In this document: one piece after another, positions 56,944-61,660 of the stretch
Layout: every line of letters starts with the position of its first letter
Numbering within the stretch: the first letter of the stretch is position 1
Source: a virus
Lineage: Duplodnaviria; Caudoviricetes
Reading direction: 5' to 3' (one strand)
IMG/VR virus record: IMGVR_UViG_3300007535_000176
Coordinates: 1-61,660 of that record
DNA length: 61,660 nt
Notes under the pieces: generated by a model
Databases searched by the model: none
The model's input: the letters and a program-made list of their open reading frames with translations, nothing else
Told to the model about the DNA's origin: nothing
Made by a program: the position numbers and the translations under genes

Positions 56944-58491
56944 TTATTCAAAATCAAACAAGTTGCCTGAGGTTTTCATTGTGTCTTGGTATCCACTGAC
57001 AATACTGCGGCTATCCAAAAATCCAGCGGCACTGTCAATAATATCCATAGGTGTTTCACTTTTGAGAACATCTTCAATAATTTTGGTAGTAACCAATACT
57101 TCAGTTGGAGCCCACGGACTGATCTCAAGCTTGGATTTACGTGCTTGGACTGTAATAAACTCGAGCGGATCAAAGTCACCAGCAATAGCCATGCCAAGGT
57201 CAACATTCTGGTTGCATAGCTGCAATGTCCTAATGTTAACGTAAACATTATGTGCCATAACGTAAAGATAGCTTGAAGTATCCCAACTGGTTTTGCCAAC
57301 CTTGTCGATCTTGTTTTTGCGACCCTGTGTTTTCCACAAACTAGCATCGTTAAGAAGTTCTTTGTCCTTGAGTGCTGCATCTAAATCAAAATGTTCAGGT
57401 ATCTCGAGCAGACCATGACCTTCCTTGCGTTGCTTTTCCATCCATGCGGCTTGTAGAGCTTCCATATCTGGGACACCGTGATCGTAATAACACAGGTCGC
57501 CTGCTGTCATACGCTCAAAGATAGGGCTCTGTGCTGGCAATGGCAAGTCACTACCGTGCAATAGTTTGTTATCTACAACAGGCACACCGCCCATGATCAT
57601 CTTCTTGTTGTTGACCACAACGTCGCCATACATCTGTCCTTTTGTGGCCATAATGAATGCACTTGCTGCATCATATGTGATCTCAAGGCTGGGGTTAACG
57701 TAGCGGTTAAGCATACGCTTGATAGCAGTATAGTAAACACTGAACTCGTTACGACTTACACCCAGATAGTGCATATGGTCATATTTTCCCTCTTCCAAGT
57801 AACCTTCGTCACGTAGCCAAATCAGTTGCTTGAGAATGATGACAAGGTTCTTGCTGGTTGAACCTCCAAAGCCCCAGCCTTCAAACGGAAAGTGCTTTGT
57901 CTCGTCAAACCAGTAACGCGCTTCGTCTAGTGTGCGTCCTTGCATTGAGTTGAGCAGCTTGGTTTGGTGCTTGCGGTGCTTGACGAACCAGTCGTTGTTA
58001 AACTTAGTATAGTCCAAGCATTGTTGGAAGTCCTTGATGCCGTTTCGTGAGCTGTAGGGCTCACTAGCTGCCAGTGTGGGGACATCCAACACCATGCTGT
58101 AGTCGGCTGTGTTTTCCAGATAGTTAAGAATCTTTGTGCGGGTAGAATCGTCAGTGTAGAATTGCTCCCAGTTCTGTTTGAGCACACCAGTAATAATCTG
58201 GAAGCCTCCACTGTCGCCTAGGATGAATGTGTTCTTGCGGTCACGCTGTTGGATCATGACCTCTTCAACGTTTGCTTTTGCTACGTCAAGTTGGGCATGT
58301 CCAGCAGAATATAGTCCTGACTGATAGCTGAAGTATCCGTCGTCTTTGAGGAAGTCTAATCCTTCTTTGCCTTTTTCCATGCCAGGCGGCACACGACAGT
58401 CTGGGTTGGCCATTTGATCAACGTAGAATCCGCTGATACTCGGCAAGAAGACTGCATAGTCTCTGTTTGTCTTATTGAGATCAATTGTCAT
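56944..58491 (-). CDS. dpdA: tRNA-guanine transglycosylase-fold enzyme, probable DNA 7-deazaguanine transglycosylase
   Basis: TGT catalytic motifs GDSGGFQ, MVLDVP, MQG, GFGG, HYLG, YDAAS, HN; no CxCxxC zinc site; clustered with folE, queE and a QueD paralogue in a phage replication region. Confidence 0.78.
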   Translation of the reverse strand: MTIDLNKTNRDYAVFLPSISGFYVDQMANPDCRVPPGMEKGKEGLDFLKDDGYFSYQSGLYSAGHAQLDVAKANVEEVMIQQRDRKNTFILGDSGGFQIITGVLKQNWEQFYTDDSTRTKILNYLENTADYSMVLDVPTLAASEPYSSRNGIKDFQQCLDYTKFNNDWFVKHRKHQTKLLNSMQGRTLDEARYWFDETKHFPFEGWGFGGSTSKNLVIILKQLIWLRDEGYLEEGKYDHMHYLGVSRNEFSVYYTAIKRMLNRYVNPSLEITYDAASAFIMATKGQMYGDVVVNNKKMIMGGVPVVDNKLLHGSDLPLPAQSPIFERMTAGDLCYYDHGVPDMEALQAAWMEKQRKEGHGLLEIPEHFDLDAALKDKELLNDASLWKTQGRKNKIDKVGKTSWDTSSYLYVMAHNVYVNIRTLQLCNQNVDLGMAIAGDFDPLEFITVQARKSKLEISPWAPTEVLVTTKIIEDVLKSETPMDIIDSAAGFLDSRSIVSGYQDTMKTSGNLFDFE

Positions 58492-58515
58492 GAATGTTCC
58501 TTGGATTATCTAATG

Positions 58516-58559
58516 ATTATAGCAGGTTATCAGAATCCGTCAACTGATAACCTGCTATA
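58516..58559 (-). promoter_or_regulatory. Extended -10 promoter TTGACG-N16-TATAAT overlapping a perfect 16-bp inverted repeat
   Basis: tatagcaggttatcag (58518-58533) / ctgataacctgctata (58544-58559); -35 in the loop; TGC before TATAAT. Confidence 0.75.
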
Positions 58560-58566
58560 CTGTTAT

Positions 58567-58854
58567 TTAGGCCGAGACCCAAGGTTCAGTGAAAATACCG
58601 ACGTGAATCTTGAGTTTTTTCGGGCTGCGGGTAGGGCTCATGCGAATGTTTACATCAAATGTAAATGCGTTACCGCGGTCACTTGTATCAACTGAGAAAT
58701 CGTAAATCATTTTTTCCTTTTGTAGATCATTCAAATACGCATTGAACAATGACCTGACAGGTCGAGGATTATTCCGCTCTAGACTACCATCCCATGGTTC
58801 AATAATCTTGAGTAGATCAAATTTAATATCATTGAGGCTGATGACGTTTGCCAT
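58567..58854 (-). CDS. Hypothetical protein
   Basis: 95 aa; TAATG-coupled to the upstream QueD paralogue. Confidence 0.7.
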   Translation of the reverse strand: MANVISLNDIKFDLLKIIEPWDGSLERNNPRPVRSLFNAYLNDLQKEKMIYDFSVDTSDRGNAFTFDVNIRMSPTRSPKKLKIHVGIFTEPWVSA

Positions 58855-59255
58855 TATTTTTGTCCTTGTGTTGTAAAGCTAAGTGTTGCGCCATTCTCAC
58901 CGTCTTCACTGACGGTAATCTCCATGTCACGCCCAGGATAGCGATCGTGGATTATATTAGCGAGATCTTGAGCAATCATCTCGCAACTCCGGTAGTCCAG
59001 TCCCAAGGTACCGTCACTGTATAGATTTTCAAGCCAACGCTTGAACTGGATAAATTCAATATCTCGATCATCATGAAATACTTCAACAGCAACACGGAAA
59101 TGAAAAATATGACGATGTGGATAGCCCAAGAAGCTGACATCATATTCGTCACCTGTAGCAAGCTTGGGATCATCTAGTGCTGCTGGATATTTGTGAATGC
59201 CTTCTTTACAAAAGGTGACCCAAATCAGTGTTTTGTTGAGTTGTAAAGCCATCAC
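58854..59255 (-). CDS. dpdL: T-fold QueD/PTPS paralogue of DpdL type (predicted CDG decarboxylase)
   Basis: EGIH, LGYPHRHIF (LxxxHRHxF rather than QueD CxxxHGH), DRDIEF, SCE, VSEDGENG. Confidence 0.68.
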   Translation of the reverse strand: MMALQLNKTLIWVTFCKEGIHKYPAALDDPKLATGDEYDVSFLGYPHRHIFHFRVAVEVFHDDRDIEFIQFKRWLENLYSDGTLGLDYRSCEMIAQDLANIIHDRYPGRDMEITVSEDGENGATLSFTTQGQK

Positions 59256-59533
59256 TCGTCCTCGTCTACAATGATAGATTTGATTCGGTCTTGCGATTGA
59301 TCCAACTCATCAAGGATTTCATCCACAATCTCTTCTTCTGCATCATCAACAGGTGGATCGTCTTGTTCAATAACAAGGTTTTCTCGTTCCGCCCACGCAC
59401 GCAAGATTTTATACATCTCCCACATCTTCCAGTCCATAGAGTTCAGTAACTCTAGCATCTTTTCTTTGTGTTCCATTTGGTCCAGTTCGTCAGCACTCTG
59501 CTCTTCCTCGACTAATTTAATTTTCTTGACCAT
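59252..59533 (-). CDS. Hypothetical acidic protein
   Basis: Start placed at MVKKIK behind GAGGAG; MDWKMWE motif. Confidence 0.65.
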   Translation of the reverse strand: MVKKIKLVEEEQSADELDQMEHKEKMLELLNSMDWKMWEMYKILRAWAERENLVIEQDDPPVDDAEEEIVDEILDELDQSQDRIKSIIVDEDE

Positions 59534-59966
59534 TGTCTTTCTCCTCGCGCAATGCGACTCTTTTGCGCAACTCACTACTTGAGAACCTGTGGTCACGCTT
59601 GTTGAAATATAGTTGAATACCGCGACGTTTACATACGTCTTTGCCTGTGAAATCCAGGTTACGGTATTCATCACCAAGTATCCGCACATCAATATGAATC
59701 ATGCTTAGGATGTCTTTGAGATCTTCTTCTGTTTGATAGGGGATGATTTCATCAACATACTTCACAGCTTTAAGTTGTGCGTATCGTTCAACCAGTGTTT
59801 GGACTGGCGGGTTTTTGGTTTCTCTATCCACACTGGGATCAACCTGTAAGCCAACAATCAACTTGTCACAAATGCCCGCAGACTCGCGCAGCATTGATAC
59901 GTGACCTGCATGTAGTAGGTCAAACGTTGAACAGGTGAATCCAACACGATATTGTTTGGTGCTCAT
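59517..59966 (-). CDS. HxGH cytidylyltransferase/adenylyltransferase (TagD-like)
   Basis: FDLLHAGH, LIVGLQ.D, ER...L.AVKYVD, GDEY, FSSSELR. Confidence 0.88.
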   Translation of the reverse strand: MSTKQYRVGFTCSTFDLLHAGHVSMLRESAGICDKLIVGLQVDPSVDRETKNPPVQTLVERYAQLKAVKYVDEIIPYQTEEDLKDILSMIHIDVRILGDEYRNLDFTGKDVCKRRGIQLYFNKRDHRFSSSELRKRVALREEKDNGQEN

Positions 59967-60709
59967 TATCTACTAATTGCTGGCAGGATGTAACTGTATA
60001 CGCCAAGTCCACTGTCAACATCGATTTGACATGCGCCTTGATCACTAAAGCGAATAACGATGGTGCCACCCAGCTTGACAATACTTAGGAAGGTTGCTAG
60101 CGGCCAACTCCATGCAGTGGTCATTTCGCCATCCACATTTTCTGCAAATACGCGCCGCCCGATAACGCCGCCTTCAGTGCTACCAACCTCAAAGATAAGG
60201 TTGCCATCTTCAGTCTTAACTGAGAACGCAGGGTCAATCCCCGCATAAATCCCGGCTACCTCGCTCAGTTGACCAATACGGCGGCTTGCTGGCTCAACTT
60301 CCACTGTCCAGTTGGCACCACGGAACGTAGCAACTTTCATGGCTTGGTCAACAATTTCTTTGCTCATAAAGCGATACTGGTCTTTGTTCCCTTCAGCATC
60401 CTTGAAAATGAGTGTAGTTGGCAGTTCCTCGCCATTGCGTTCACGACGATCAACTTGAATGCTAGCGTCATCACTTTGATAGTTTGACAGCCTTGTAAGA
60501 CTGGAAAGCAATCCCAAGTTGCCCATGCCAAACTCGCCTGTAAACTCAGGCACCTCGTCGTGCATTTCGGCATTAAGGATAACTGTGCGATCAGCGTCCA
60601 TGGCAGCAAGCTTTGTCTTGCCATCCACGCTTGTGACTTTGATGTTTTCGATAATGCCCAGCCCGCTAGTGTGCTTGACAATATCCAGTAATACTGATTT
60701 CAATTCCAT
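59966..60709 (-). CDS. Probable DNA polymerase sliding clamp (gp45-like)
   Basis: 247 aa, beta-rich, immediately downstream of the DNA polymerase; inferred from size and context. Confidence 0.55.
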   Translation of the reverse strand: MELKSVLLDIVKHTSGLGIIENIKVTSVDGKTKLAAMDADRTVILNAEMHDEVPEFTGEFGMGNLGLLSSLTRLSNYQSDDASIQVDRRERNGEELPTTLIFKDAEGNKDQYRFMSKEIVDQAMKVATFRGANWTVEVEPASRRIGQLSEVAGIYAGIDPAFSVKTEDGNLIFEVGSTEGGVIGRRVFAENVDGEMTTAWSWPLATFLSIVKLGGTIVIRFSDQGACQIDVDSGLGVYSYILPAISR

Positions 60710-60734
60710 GTTAGATTAATCCTCTTGATAAGTC

Positions 60735-60763
60735 ATTGTAACATAAGGGTTTTTTGTTTGCAA
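60735..60763 (-). promoter_or_regulatory. sigma70-type promoter TTGCAA-N17-TACAAT (extended -10)
   Basis: Read on the - strand upstream of the clamp-like gene. Confidence 0.65.
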
Positions 60764-60764
60764 C

Positions 60765-61660
60765 CTAAAAGTCAAACAAATCGTCAAAAGTTGTCTTGGC
60801 TTCGGCCCTGCTAAGGTCCCAACCCAAATCACCTAATAGGTTGCTGATCTTTTTTGTGACGATTGCGTCTTCCATGCTGTCGTTATCGAAAGGTAAGTCT
60901 TTATACCACTGCGGGATACGCTTTTCGTCTGTTGGAATGCCAATGCTGTTCATGCTCAACGGATTAGCTTTGAGTTTGCAGACGATGGTCTTCATGCCGT
61001 CCACGATCTCTAGGCTATACTGATCGTTGTTCATTTTGCGTAGGCGATTGTAGTTAATTGCTGCCATAACGTGTCCAACACCACATTTGCCAGTTTTCTC
61101 CCATTGCTTGGTGTATTTGGTTAGGTTATTCACTGCTTTGGGTGTGCCTTTTTCCCAGGGAGGCATATCGCGAAATTGCTGGCGGAATTCCTTGATACGT
61201 TCAATAACAGCTTCCTCACCATTACCCTCCAATGCCATGCGCAATAGTTCAGTTAAGAAGTCTTGCATATATTCAGGAGTATCTGAACGTTTGATCTCAA
61301 GTCCCATGACTTTGAGTTTGCCGCGAGCACCATTCACGTCCATTCGGGTGCCTTCATCATCAATGACTAGAATGCCATATCGCTTTTTGCTGATGAACAG
61401 ACCCTTCTCACCCACAGTCTCCCGGGCGGCGGCAATGATGCGACCGTAACGCTCCGGGCAGTTGTGCGCCCACTCCATGTAGTCAGGAAAGGTCTCGTCA
61501 ACCTGCTCACCAATTGTATCATAGAGTTGGATCACAGTGTCTTTGTCCCACTTAAACTCGCCGCTATTGATTTGTTCACGGAAGACAGGATACGCGCTGA
61601 AGTAAACACTGTCAGTGTCACCGTATATGATGCTATCACCTTTGTGATTGTATTCGCCAG
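60765..61660 (-). CDS. Family B DNA polymerase, C-terminal part (5' end outside window)
   Basis: Frame open to the window edge and contains IIYGDTDSVYF; KKRY; KVMGLEIKRSDTP; C-terminal FDDLFDF clamp-binding-like tail. Confidence 0.95.
   Translation of the reverse strand, partial: GEYNHKGDSIIYGDTDSVYFSAYPVFREQINSGEFKWDKDTVIQLYDTIGEQVDETFPDYMEWAHNCPERYGRIIAAARETVGEKGLFISKKRYGILVIDDEGTRMDVNGARGKLKVMGLEIKRSDTPEYMQDFLTELLRMALEGNGEEAVIERIKEFRQQFRDMPPWEKGTPKAVNNLTKYTKQWEKTGKCGVGHVMAAINYNRLRKMNNDQYSLEIVDGMKTIVCKLKANPLSMNSIGIPTDEKRIPQWYKDLPFDNDSMEDAIVTKKISNLLGDLGWDLSRAEAKTTFDDLFDF

Noticed and set aside
56944-58491. Ordinary tRNA-modifying Tgt
   Set aside because: It lacks the zinc-binding CxCxxC site, is longer with insertions, and sits with replication and dpdL-type genes, so a DNA target is more likely; a tRNA target is not excluded
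1-61660. tRNA, rRNA, CRISPR array, transposase, integrase, intron or intein
   Set aside because: None recognised; intergenic gaps are very short and no regularly spaced repeats were seen, though no covariance search was run
1-61660. Alternative genetic code (stop-codon recoding)
   Set aside because: The standard code already gives full-length genes with near-complete coding density, and TAA, TGA and TAG all serve as stops

Overview
This window looks like part of a large, T4-related or jumbo-type dsDNA phage genome. Genes are densely packed with ATGA/TAATG overlaps. It carries a family-B DNA polymerase, a clamp-like protein, an RNase H-like 5'-3' exonuclease, thyA, folA and tdk, host sigma70-type promoters, and TAAATA late-promoter-like motifs. 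I found no rRNA, tRNA, CRISPR array or transposase. There are two convergent halves. (1) Bases 1-35218, mostly + strand, form a tailoring-enzyme supercluster. It has 15 radical SAM enzymes with auxiliary twitch/SPASM Cys motifs (10 with the twitch domain at the N-terminus), a NodU/CmcH carbamoyltransferase, 3 sulfotransferase-like, 4 SGNH-like, 4 2OG-Fe(II) dioxygenase-domain and 2-3 glycosyltransferase-like proteins, a methyltransferase, an SDR and a kinase-like protein. Two 30-34 aa basic peptides missing from the ORF track share a C-terminal KDPFIY motif. (2) Bases 35201-61660, - strand, hold replication and nucleotide-metabolism genes, a fatty acid desaturase, a MoxR/VWA pair, metK, def and a truncated major-capsid-like paralogue. 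They also hold a 7-deazaguanine DNA-modification set (TGT/DpdA-like, DpdL-type QueD paralogue, FolE, QueE). A GT-B glycosyltransferase and a complete NDP-heptose pathway (GmhA, HddA, HddC-GmhB) lie inside that set. The two best candidates for an undescribed system are a possibly heptosylated 7-deazaguanine DNA base and the late-expressed radical SAM supercluster. All product calls come from motif recognition by eye; no database searches were run.
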